Positions 18,896 through 28,700 of a stretch of DNA of 64,000 nt are shown in pieces. The position numbers were made by a program, and so were the translations under genes. The stretch covers positions 480,001-544,000 of the forward strand of contig OZ242358.1 in NCBI GenBank assembly GCA_965208835.1, read 5' to 3'. The stretch is from Candidatus Latescibacterota bacterium. Its GTDB lineage: Bacteria; Latescibacterota; UBA2968; GCA-2709665. Position 1 is the stretch's first letter. Every line of letters begins with the position of its first letter. Under the pieces are notes generated by a model, which ran no database searches, was not told where the DNA came from, and saw only the letters and a program-made list of their open reading frames with translations.

Positions 18896-21160
18896 ATGTC
18901 CGCATTGCAGCACGCGACGTCGCAACAGGAGCGCCGCAACCGCACGCTGCTGGACGGTTCGCGATATCTGTCCGACGCCGTTTCGTCGGAAGTTCTCCCA
19001 ATACACATCGACATCCGCCAGACAAAAACGTTGACGGAAGCGCAGGTCAACCACTTCACCGCCCTGCAGATCGAGGGCGCTCGCACGGCCGTGCGTTCCC
19101 TGGCGTCCCTGGCCGAAATCGGCGAGGCCGACCACCTGGGCGGCGGCATCGGCCTGATTCCGCCATTGCTGCTCACCCTCGCGGTTGTCGACTTCGAGCG
19201 AATCGAATACACCATTGAACACGCCCACACCAGCGTCGGGTATTTCGCCGCGCTTTCCGCCGTCGGATTTGTGGATCCCGACCACGTCGTTACCGACTTT
19301 CGCCGCGGTCTGGATCTTCCCGGCCACGTTTCCTGGCTGCCGGGAGGCACGCAGATGAACGGCGGACGCTTGGGCGTGATGATTCCCGTTGCGGTTGGCA
19401 ACGCGCTGGGCAAACGCGGCACGTACGGCGACGGATGCTGGGTTGTCGCCCATTGCGGAGACGCCGGATGGATCTCGGGCCAGGCGTTGAACGGCTTCAA
19501 CGCTGCACACGTTCACGGCGCGCCCATCACGTTTGTAATGGACCGGAACGGCATCCAGCTTTCCGGCAGCACCAGAAGCATTCTGGACAAGGACCCGCGG
19601 TCCATCATCGGCGCAATGGGGGTCGAGATTCTCGAAATCCCCACGCTTCTGGATCCCGCCGGCCTTTTTAGCGCGTACCGCGAGGCGTACGGATTGGCGC
19701 AGGAAGGCCGTCCCAGTCTGATTTATCCGGTCGGCTACCGATCGGGGAACGGAAAACGGATCGACCTGTCGCATTTCGGCAGATATCACGGTATTCTCGA
19801 AGAAGTCGAAGCATTCGCCGGACGGCACGACGTTCCTCTGGATCGGGAGATCTGGGTTCCCGGATCGCTGATGAGCTATAGAGACGTGGAACCCATGCTG
19901 GAGTGTCTCTTTCTCGTGAACGACCTCCCCGGTGGCGCCGGCCACCACGACGGGAGCATGAAGGATCGAGACGCGGCGGACGTACTCGCCAATCCCATGT
20001 TCAGGTCCACGCCCGGCCAGGCGGAAGCGCTGGAGGATCTGAAGTCGCGGCCGTCCCGGAGGGTCACGACCCGCGCGCGGCCGTCCCCGGGAAGCCCCAA
20101 TCTGATATTGCCCGACGGTACGGTGAAGCGTGTCGCATTACCGGGACCGGGTGAGATGAAGAGCGCGCGCGACGGCTCGGAAGCCGGTTACGCGCTGGTG
20201 GCCGAGACCTTTCCGGAACAGGTCTTCGTGGTCAGCTGCGACCTGGACGCTTCCACCAAGCTGGCGAAGGCGCGGAGTCACCTGGCTGAAAACCACCAGT
20301 TCGAGATCAGCATCGAAGAGCAGGCGGCCACGCTCATCGCCAACGGCCTGGCCACCAGTACCCCGAACCCGCAGCTGAACGTGGTGTCCACCTTCGCGGC
20401 CTTCTTCGAAGGCATCGCCCGCGAAGGCTTCGACATGTGGCAGTACCAGCGCAACCTCACGGGCGTAAACGAGGGTCTGAACGTTACGTTCCATCTCTCC
20501 CACGTTGGCGCGTGCACGGGCCGGGACCATTTCTCCGGATGGGGACTGGACTGGATCAACGTGGGGCTCAGCTACCTTCCGTACCTGCACCGATTCTATG
20601 CCCCGGCCGACGCGCGGTCCGCCTTTCTTGCCGTGATCGACCTGGCCGCCAGTTACGGCGGGCATATCATCGGTATTCCCCGCGACAACCTGCCCGTCCT
20701 CGAAAAACAGGACGGCTCCGGCCCGCTCTGGTCAGCGGATGAGGGATGGCAGCCCGTCACACCCCTGCGGTCCTTTGCCGGGGCCCGTCGCGCGATCCTT
20801 GCATTTGGCGCGCCGGCCTTCCTGGCGGCGGAAGCCGCTGACATCCTGAACGAGCGGGGCGAAGCCGCGGACGTGCACGTCGTCAACGGACTGCCCCTGC
20901 CGGCCGGGCGCCTGGAATCGTTGGTTTCACGGTATACGGGGGGAGTCGTCACCGTCGAAGACGGAAAGATCGGCACGCCCGACACCGGATTCAGGGGTTT
21001 TGCGGGCCTGGTGGCCACCGCGGCATCGTCCTCGGGCATTGCCCATGCGCACGTGGGCCTCACAGATCCGAAAATCGCCCCTTCCGACGGGCATATGGAG
21101 ACCTGGGCGCACTTCGGCATCACCACCGGCGCGCTGGTCGATGCGGTTGATCGTCTGTAG
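18896..21160 (+). CDS. Divergent transketolase-like ThDP enzyme
   Basis: DHLGG, LPGH, GDAG...VMDRNGIQLSG, DLDAST, ISIEEQ, STFAAF and HFGI motifs. Start taken at ATG 18896, after GAGGAG. Confidence 0.75.
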   Translation: MSALQHATSQQERRNRTLLDGSRYLSDAVSSEVLPIHIDIRQTKTLTEAQVNHFTALQIEGARTAVRSLASLAEIGEADHLGGGIGLIPPLLLTLAVVDFERIEYTIEHAHTSVGYFAALSAVGFVDPDHVVTDFRRGLDLPGHVSWLPGGTQMNGGRLGVMIPVAVGNALGKRGTYGDGCWVVAHCGDAGWISGQALNGFNAAHVHGAPITFVMDRNGIQLSGSTRSILDKDPRSIIGAMGVEILEIPTLLDPAGLFSAYREAYGLAQEGRPSLIYPVGYRSGNGKRIDLSHFGRYHGILEEVEAFAGRHDVPLDREIWVPGSLMSYRDVEPMLECLFLVNDLPGGAGHHDGSMKDRDAADVLANPMFRSTPGQAEALEDLKSRPSRRVTTRARPSPGSPNLILPDGTVKRVALPGPGEMKSARDGSEAGYALVAETFPEQVFVVSCDLDASTKLAKARSHLAENHQFEISIEEQAATLIANGLATSTPNPQLNVVSTFAAFFEGIAREGFDMWQYQRNLTGVNEGLNVTFHLSHVGACTGRDHFSGWGLDWINVGLSYLPYLHRFYAPADARSAFLAVIDLAASYGGHIIGIPRDNLPVLEKQDGSGPLWSADEGWQPVTPLRSFAGARRAILAFGAPAFLAAEAADILNERGEAADVHVVNGLPLPAGRLESLVSRYTGGVVTVEDGKIGTPDTGFRGFAGLVATAASSSGIAHAHVGLTDPKIAPSDGHMETWAHFGITTGALVDAVDRL

Positions 21161-21362
21161 CGGGTTTATGTTCGGATGAATCGCGGAGGTCGGGGAAGGG
21201 GCCAACGAGAGGCAGGCGGGACAGACGGCGCCATCAGGCGCACGTTACATCGGTAGGCGGAAAGAGGCTTCTTTCGCGTGTGTCTTTGTGTGAAACAAGG
21301 AATCCGCAACACGCGTCAGCTTGTCGGTACGACCCGGTTTCCGGACAACAACACTTCCGGCG

Positions 21363-22691
21363 TCAGAAAATCCTGTAGCTCAAGCCCATATTGAAGCTTT
21401 GCCTTGACTTTTCGCCCCTGGCGACGCGAAAGGACTCGGAAAGCGTCATGTTGATTTTGTTTTCGATGTAGAAGCTGAGCGCAAACGCGATATCCGAGAT
21501 GATCTCTGCTTGTCGATCCTCGCGCTTCCTTGCACGGATCGTCTTCAGTGTCGTGAAGCGGATCCTGTTCGTCACCTCGTAGATGAAATCCGTATTCCAG
21601 CGCAGGTTGTAGTCGCTCCCGAAGGTCTTGGAAAACGGCGTATCGTAGTGGAAGTCGGTGTTGATCTGCGTACTCCAGCTGATCGGGTGGGAATATCGAA
21701 AGTTAATCAGCAGGCCGGGCGGCGGGCGGTCCGTATCTTCATAGGGATTCAACACCTGAAACTGTACGCCGGTGGTGATGTCCCATCCGTAGAATCTCTT
21801 GCTGATCTGCTCCTGTGTCAACACTTCCTGTATCCGCACGAGGCCGAATCCGATCTCTTCTCCCAGGACCTTGCGGGACTTCCTGATCTCGGCCAGCATG
21901 TCTTCGAACCAGTAGTTCTCGTACCGGTCACCGTGCTGTTCCTTGTATTCCCTTTCCCTGTCTATTATATGCGCCAGTTCTATCATGGTCTCTTTGGAGA
22001 AATGCTCGCCGATGATGCCCTCCTCCAGGAAGAATTCCTCGATTCTCCCGGCCTTCCGAAGCGCGGTGGCGTCGATAAACCGACCGTGTCCGAAGCCGAG
22101 CGTCATCTCGATGTTGGGACGGTCGTATCCGGAATCCAGGTCCGAGTCCGTGCCCCACGAATAGAACAAGCTGCCCTCGTTCCGGTGGTACTTCTTGAGA
22201 TTCGTCCTCATGGTGGTCAGGGCGTCGCGCTCGTTTTTCTTTGTGATGATATTCTTCCTGATCGAACCCCGGCCGGTTGCGTCCACGGAATAAGCATACG
22301 GCAGCGACTCGTAGAACTTCTTGTATACGACGGTCACGTTGCCATTCTGTACAACGGTTTCGTCACCTTCCGTGACATAGTTGAAGCTGAGCGCGTCCAC
22401 CCGCAGGTTGTGCGCCCGGCTGACCGGCACCACGTAGTCCGTAATCGATACGTTTTGCGCCGTCGCTGCAGAAGCCGTCAGCAGGCAGAGCGCCGCCGTC
22501 CGGACAAGCGCTACCCGGAGGAGAATTTGTACGTATCCCGCCACTGCGCACGGCCAGCCCGCCGGCGCCAGTCTGTGCAGATACGGGTATCTTGCATTAT
22601 AACCTCGTGCCGGACCGCAGCCGGGATCCGCCGGCCGACCCCTATTTGCTTTTTGCAACTGCTCCCGCCTCGCTCCCATTTTTGCTGTCAT
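21363..22691 (-). CDS. Hypothetical exported or outer-membrane beta-rich protein
   Basis: Signal-like segment ending ATA-Q, alternating beta pattern, C-terminal ...GLSYRIF. Start is uncertain. Confidence 0.55.
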   Translation of the reverse strand: MTAKMGARREQLQKANRGRPADPGCGPARGYNARYPYLHRLAPAGWPCAVAGYVQILLRVALVRTAALCLLTASAATAQNVSITDYVVPVSRAHNLRVDALSFNYVTEGDETVVQNGNVTVVYKKFYESLPYAYSVDATGRGSIRKNIITKKNERDALTTMRTNLKKYHRNEGSLFYSWGTDSDLDSGYDRPNIEMTLGFGHGRFIDATALRKAGRIEEFFLEEGIIGEHFSKETMIELAHIIDREREYKEQHGDRYENYWFEDMLAEIRKSRKVLGEEIGFGLVRIQEVLTQEQISKRFYGWDITTGVQFQVLNPYEDTDRPPPGLLINFRYSHPISWSTQINTDFHYDTPFSKTFGSDYNLRWNTDFIYEVTNRIRFTTLKTIRARKREDRQAEIISDIAFALSFYIENKINMTLSESFRVARGEKSRQSFNMGLSYRIF

Positions 22692-23467
22692 TTCTCTTCC
22701 CCCCTGTCTTCGTGTAAGGCATCGGCCTTCGATGAATCGGGTGGCTCCATCAAGAACGCTATATCGTCGTAGTCCGCCTTTACGAGTGTTCTTGTGTTGT
22801 CCGAATCCGTCAGCACGGCAACGGCGCCGACGAGTCGCGGATCACTACCGAAAACACGTTTGTAGTCTTCGTATGCGTTGACCTCTTCCCATATCCATTT
22901 GCCTGCATTTTTGCTTCCCGATTGCAGGACGATCACTTTGGTGTTTTCATGTTGCGGGCTCTCCGTCTCGGTACCTGCAGGCAGCGTCGCGCTCCACACG
23001 TACTTGAGTGTCTTGGGAATGAATAATCGACCCTTGAATACCAGCCTTACCGCCGCCGCACTATCGTTCTTCTTCTTTATTGATTCATCCCCACCTTCGG
23101 GAAGCTTGTGCACACGCCAGCGCCACCTGAACTTCTTGAAGACACGGAGGTTGATATTTCTGCCTTTTATTTTCGCAGCACGACCCGCATTGGTGGACCT
23201 GCCCACGGTCTCCGCTCTCAGAAAATGATCGCCGTTCTCAGCCTGAATCGTGTAATACAGGTCCTCTTTCTTCTTTGTTTTCTTGTGGCGCCAGCCCACC
23301 CTTCCTTCCCAATTTCCGGGAAATCGCCCGAGCTGCTCGGGGTATTCGAATGTCTCCAGAACGAGGATGGAATCCCCTGAAGGCGTATGGAACTCCGGGG
23401 GCGGATCACCCGCATACGCCGACGATCCGATCAGGACCCCGATGATGATTTTCTGGAATCGTCTCAT
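22688..23467 (-). CDS. DUF3047-family exported protein
   Basis: Signal peptide; WRWRV...DSAA, LKYVWS and TDSDNT motifs. Confidence 0.75.
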   Translation of the reverse strand: MRRFQKIIIGVLIGSSAYAGDPPPEFHTPSGDSILVLETFEYPEQLGRFPGNWEGRVGWRHKKTKKKEDLYYTIQAENGDHFLRAETVGRSTNAGRAAKIKGRNINLRVFKKFRWRWRVHKLPEGGDESIKKKNDSAAAVRLVFKGRLFIPKTLKYVWSATLPAGTETESPQHENTKVIVLQSGSKNAGKWIWEEVNAYEDYKRVFGSDPRLVGAVAVLTDSDNTRTLVKADYDDIAFLMEPPDSSKADALHEDRGEEK

Positions 23468-23727
23468 AGGAGATTGGGTCAGTTCAACTTCACGGAACGC
23501 CGTGGGAACGGAAAACCGGCAGGGGAATCGACGTTGATCCGGACCACCCGGTTGTAACCCACCGCGTATTCTGAAAATATAGGAAATAGACTCTTCATGG
23601 TGTACAAAAAAGCCCGAAACCACAGCCTTCGGCCCGCCTCGTGGAACAGACATAAAGATACCGCCACGGAACCCATTCCCGTGGCGGTGACGATACCTCT
23701 CTTCACCACAAAGTATCCACTTCTGTG

Positions 23728-24858
23728 CTACGCGCCAAATTCCCGTGCGAATCGGATAAAATCGTTGAACCCGATGCGTCCGTCTCCGTCGAGGTCAAAT
23801 CGGGTTTCAAAATCCACGTCCCCGGCCTCGGAACCAAAGGCCTTTGCAAACAACAGAAAATCGGCAAAGTCCACCTGGCCGCTGCTGTCGAAGTCCGCGG
23901 GCCGTTGCCGGATGCTGACGCTCAAGGCGGGCAGTATGCCCTCACCGTAGTTCCAGCCCGTCCCCCAGTCCACATTCCTCGTTTCCGCATCGACAAGACC
24001 GACGTGATACCAGAGATCGTTACTGTTGTGGGACTGATGCACCTCCATCACGATTCCGTTGCCCAGTGCGACGTTGGGAGCAAGGCCCCTGTCGAATTCC
24101 ATCGCCTCGCCCCAATCGACGATCTTTCGTTCCACGTCCAGAACGCCCACGTTAAACCATAGCCGCAGCCCGCCGATCGACTCATGCATCTCCACCACCA
24201 CGCCGTCGTCCATATCCACGGAGGGCGTCTGGCCGCCGTCGTATACCTGCGCATCACCCCACGCAATAGACTTCGACGTGGTATCCACGGTACCCACATT
24301 GTACCATAGACGTTCGTCCTCTTCGGACTGGTGGACTTCCACGACCATCCCGTCAGACAGCGCCACCGACGGGAACCGCCCCCCATCGAACTTCCCCGAA
24401 ACGCCCCAGACAATCGAATAGGCCGCGGTATCCACGATGCCCACGTGATACCAGAGATTCGTCCCGACATGCGACTGGTGAACTTCCACAACCACCCGGC
24501 CGTCCAGCGCCACCATCGGGTACTGGCCCCCGTCGAACTTTCTACCCCCGCCCCACCGGATCGACTTCGTCACCGCGTCGACCTTGCCAACCTTGTACCA
24601 CAGGTTCGTTCCCTGGTGGGACTGGTGTACCTCCACGGCAATTCCGCCGTCCACGGCAACGGACGGGAACCGTCCGTCGTCGTGCGCCCCCACTTCTCCC
24701 CAGTCGACCGTGCGGGTTGCCGCGTCGATCACGCCGACGCGGTACCGCAATTCCGCCTCTTCTTCCTCCTGGTGCATCTCCACGACCACGTCGGCTGCCG
24801 GAATCGAAATCCCCCAAAGGCACGCGCACAGAAAGATCGTGAATCGAACGATTTGCAT
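23728..24858 (-). CDS. Secreted protein with six 49-aa repeats and a C-terminal dockerin/EF-hand-like tag
   Basis: Repeats of VEVHQS..LWY.VG.VD....I.WG....D.G..P.VA; tail DFDSSGQVDFADF...DLDGDGRIGFNDF. Confidence 0.8.
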   Translation of the reverse strand: MQIVRFTIFLCACLWGISIPAADVVVEMHQEEEEAELRYRVGVIDAATRTVDWGEVGAHDDGRFPSVAVDGGIAVEVHQSHQGTNLWYKVGKVDAVTKSIRWGGGRKFDGGQYPMVALDGRVVVEVHQSHVGTNLWYHVGIVDTAAYSIVWGVSGKFDGGRFPSVALSDGMVVEVHQSEEDERLWYNVGTVDTTSKSIAWGDAQVYDGGQTPSVDMDDGVVVEMHESIGGLRLWFNVGVLDVERKIVDWGEAMEFDRGLAPNVALGNGIVMEVHQSHNSNDLWYHVGLVDAETRNVDWGTGWNYGEGILPALSVSIRQRPADFDSSGQVDFADFLLFAKAFGSEAGDVDFETRFDLDGDGRIGFNDFIRFAREFGA

Positions 24859-24946
24859 AACGTCACATTTCGGGAAATAGAGAACCGGGTGACGATCGGC
24901 AGTTCCGTAAGATTTGCCTTACCGCGGCCGGATGGAAATCGGGTGC

Positions 24947-25702
24947 CTATTTCAGGCACAACCCTCCGTCCACTTTCAAAATCGTCCCGGTAATGTAATC
25001 CGCGGCGTCGGAACACAGAAACGTGGCCGCTTTCCCAAGGTCCTCGATGGTGGCCAGCCTTCCCCATGGCATGCCTCTTGCCGCCTCCCTGATCTGCTCG
25101 TCCGTGGCGAATTGCCGTTCTCCCGGCGTGTCGGTGTAACCGGGTTCGATCACGTTTGCACGGATGCGATGGGGTGCGAGTTCGGCCGCGATGGTGCGGC
25201 ACATCTGGTTGATGCCGGCCTTGGCCGAATTGTACGGCATGGACGTCGGCATCGGTACGTGCGCCAGCACGGAACTGATGAACAGGATGCTGCCGCCACC
25301 GCCCTGGTCCACCATCTGCCGGGCGCCTGCCTGCGCGGCGTGGAAGCTGCCCCACATACAGACCTCCCAAGTCCGCCGCACAGCCTGTATGGAGAGATCC
25401 AGAAAGGGTTCACGCTTGCTGTAATAGGCATTGGCCACGACGATATCGAGCCTGCCAAAACGGTTTACCGTTGCTTCGACCATCCGGTCCACGGCGCCCC
25501 GGTCCGAAACATCGGCCTGTACGACCAGCGCCTCGCGACCCACTGCACGGACCTCGTTCGCAACGTCCTCCGCGTCGTCAGGATGCGAATGGTAATTAAC
25601 CGCAATATCGGCGCCCGCACGGGCCATCTCTACGGCACATCCACGTCCGATGCCCCTGGAAGACCCGGTTATCAGCGCCGCCTTGCCTGTCATATCAACC
25701 AT
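24947..25702 (-). CDS. Short-chain dehydrogenase/reductase
   Basis: TGSSRGIG and YNSAK motifs. Confidence 0.92.
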   Translation of the reverse strand: MVDMTGKAALITGSSRGIGRGCAVEMARAGADIAVNYHSHPDDAEDVANEVRAVGREALVVQADVSDRGAVDRMVEATVNRFGRLDIVVANAYYSKREPFLDLSIQAVRRTWEVCMWGSFHAAQAGARQMVDQGGGGSILFISSVLAHVPMPTSMPYNSAKAGINQMCRTIAAELAPHRIRANVIEPGYTDTPGERQFATDEQIREAARGMPWGRLATIEDLGKAATFLCSDAADYITGTILKVDGGLCLK

Positions 25703-25752
25703 AAGGACCCTTCCTCTTCAATATAGCCGGCGTAGACTAACGGGACCGACCG

Positions 25753-28700
25753 CTATTCCCCGCCGGAACCGCCGGATGCTCGCATTCGCGCGTGAACAGG
25801 GTCGCCTTCCGCGATTTCCGATGTCCGCTTTTCGCGCTGGTCCTGCGCTTTATGCCTTCGGGTTTCCCGATGTGTTTCGCGGTATCGGTCCGGAATGACC
25901 AGTTCGTCGCCGAGGTCGGGCGCATCCGGGGTCACCTTCCAGAATTTGGGCAGGAATTTCTCCCATCGGGCGATAATGTCGCTCGCGCGTCGGCTGTTGG
26001 TGTTTTCGAGGTGTCGTCCGATCATCTTCTTCAGCAGGCCGACGTCGTCAGCCTGGTTGATACGATGGATGCGCACGAGTTGCGGGTTGTATCTGCTTTC
26101 AAACGATCCCTCTTCGTCCAGCACATACGCGACTCCGCCCGTCATTCCGGCGCCGAAATTCCGCCCGGTGCCGCCCAGCACAATCACCACGCCGTCGGTC
26201 ATGTACTCGCATCCGTGGTCTCCCACACCCTCTACCACCGCACGACCGCCGCTGTTGCGCACGCAGAATCTCTCGCCGGCAACGCCCGCCGCGTAGAGTA
26301 CGCCTCCGGTGGCGCCGTACATGACGGTGTTTCCGACGATGGCATTCCTGTGGCTCGGAAATCCGGCGTTACCCGGCGGTCGCACAATGAGTTCTCCACC
26401 GTGCATGCCCTTGCCGACGTAGTCATTTGCCTCGCCGGTAAGGACCAGCCGCAACCCGCGTATGCAGAATGCCCCGAAGCTCTGTCCCGCGCTGCCCCGA
26501 AACCGGCACTCGATGGTACTGTCGAGGCCGCCGTCTCCATAATGAAACGCGATCTCTCCGGCCAGCTTGGCGCCAACCGCCCGACGCGTATTCTGAATAT
26601 CGTAACTCAGTGTAATCGAGCTGTCTTCCTTGATGGCATCCATTGCGTCCTGAAGCAGCAGGTCGTCAATCGATGCATCGGGCCGGTCGTTGCGTTCGCG
26701 GGTATGCAGCCGCGGACGGGTGCCGGCCGAGTCCGGATCGGCCAGCAGACCGCCCAGGTCGATACCCCGCCACCGATGTTTCTTCGGATCGACGCTGGAT
26801 TCCAGAATTTCCGGGCGGCCGATCAGGCTCTCAATCGACCGATACCCCAGTCCCGCGATGACTTCACGGACCTCTCCGGCGAGATTGGTAAAATAGCGAA
26901 CGACGTTCTCGGGGGAGCCATTGAATTTCCCGCGCAATTCGGGCTTCTGCGTGGCCACGCCGACCGGACAGGTATTCAGGTGGCATTGCCGTGCCATCAC
27001 GCAACCCATTGCCACCAGCGCCGCCGTGCCGAATCCGTACTCCTCTGCACCGAGAGCTGCCGCGACAACCACGTCCCTGGCGGTTTTCAGACCGCCGTCC
27101 ACGCGAAGCACAACCCGTCCGCGCAGGTCGTTCATCACCAGCGTCTGCTGCACCTCGGCCAGGCCCAACTCCCAGGGCCCGCCCGAATGTTTGATGGCGC
27201 CCAGGGGCGAGGCGCCGGTACCGCCGTCGTGCCCGCTGATGTGGACCACGTCCGCGTAGCCTTTGACGACCCCCGCCGCGATGGTACCGATTCCTGCCAC
27301 CGAGACCAGCTTGACGCACACCTTTGCCCGGGGATTCACGCGTTTCAGGTCATAAATGAGTTGTGCGATGTCTTCGATACTGTAAATGTCGTGATGTGGC
27401 GGCGGCGAAATCAGCGTTACCCCCGGAACGGAATGCCGGATCAACGCGATCTCCGCGGAAACCTTGTGCCCCGGCAGCTGCCCGCCCTCGCCCGGTTTGG
27501 AACCCTGTGCCATCTTGATCTCCAGTTCCTTTGCCGAAGCCAGGTACTCGGGCGTGACACCAAACCTTCCGGAGGCCACCTGCTTGATGGCGCTGTTGGG
27601 CCGGTCTCCGTTGGGCAGGCGCCGATACCGGGCGGGGTCTTCGCCGCCCTCCCCGCTGTTGCTCTTGGCGCCAAGCCGGTTCAACGCAATCGCCAGCGTT
27701 TCGTGTGCCTCGCGCGAGAGCGCACCGTGCGACATCGCGGAGGACACAAAGCGTCGACAGATGGCTTCAGTCGGCTCGACCTCCTCTATGGGGACAGAAG
27801 GCCCTTTCTGAAACGTCATGAGATCACGCAGCGAGGCCGCCGGACGCCCCTCGACCAGCCGGGAATAGGCCGTAAAGTCGTCGTAATTCCCGGAGTTGGC
27901 CACATTTCGGATGGCCTTGAAGACCGGGGGATTGAAGGCATGGAACTCGCCGTCCCGCCGGAACCGGTAGATTCCAGCGTCCGTCATCGCGGGTGACTCT
28001 TCGGGCTGGAACGCCAGCCGGTGCCGGTCGGCCGCGTCGTCGGCAATTTCGGCAAGTCCGATCCCGCCAACCTGGGATACCGTACCGGAGAAATACCGGT
28101 CCACCACGTCCGGATGCAGACCGACCGCGTCGAAAATCTGAGCGCCGCAGTAGCTGCTCAGGGTGGATATTCCCATTTTACAGATCACCTTCAGGATACC
28201 CGCTTCCAGCGCGCGCCGGTAATTGTCCAGCGCTTTTGCGTAGGTGATTTCGCCTTCCAGGTCGCCGGTCCGGATCAGTTCATACAGACCTTCGTAGACC
28301 AGATATGGATTTACGGCGCTGGCGCCGTACCCAATCAGCGCGGCGATGTGGTGAACTTCCCTTGGCTCCCCTGACTCCACAATCAGGCTCGCCTGCATCC
28401 GCTTCCCTTCCCGGATCAGATGATGATGTACAGCGCCCACGGCCAGCAGCATGGGGATGGGGGCGTGATTCGAGTCCACGCCACGGTCACTCAGAACCAA
28501 CAGGGCCCTGCCCGACTCGACTGCGCGCGACGCCTGGAGACACATCCTGTCCAGGGCCGTTCGCAGACCTTCGACCCCCTCCGACGGATTGAACAGCGCC
28601 GGCAGTTTTTCAGATTCAAATCCCGGCAGACCGGAGCTGGAAAGCCGCCGAAATTCAGAATCCAGCAGGACCGGGGAAGGGATTCGGATCAGCCGCGCGT

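Noticed and set aside
25792-27996. Long antisense ORFs (also 44682-46712, 61568-63580, 55101-56666)
   Set aside because: These are shadow frames opposite well-supported genes in high-GC DNA, with no recognisable motifs.
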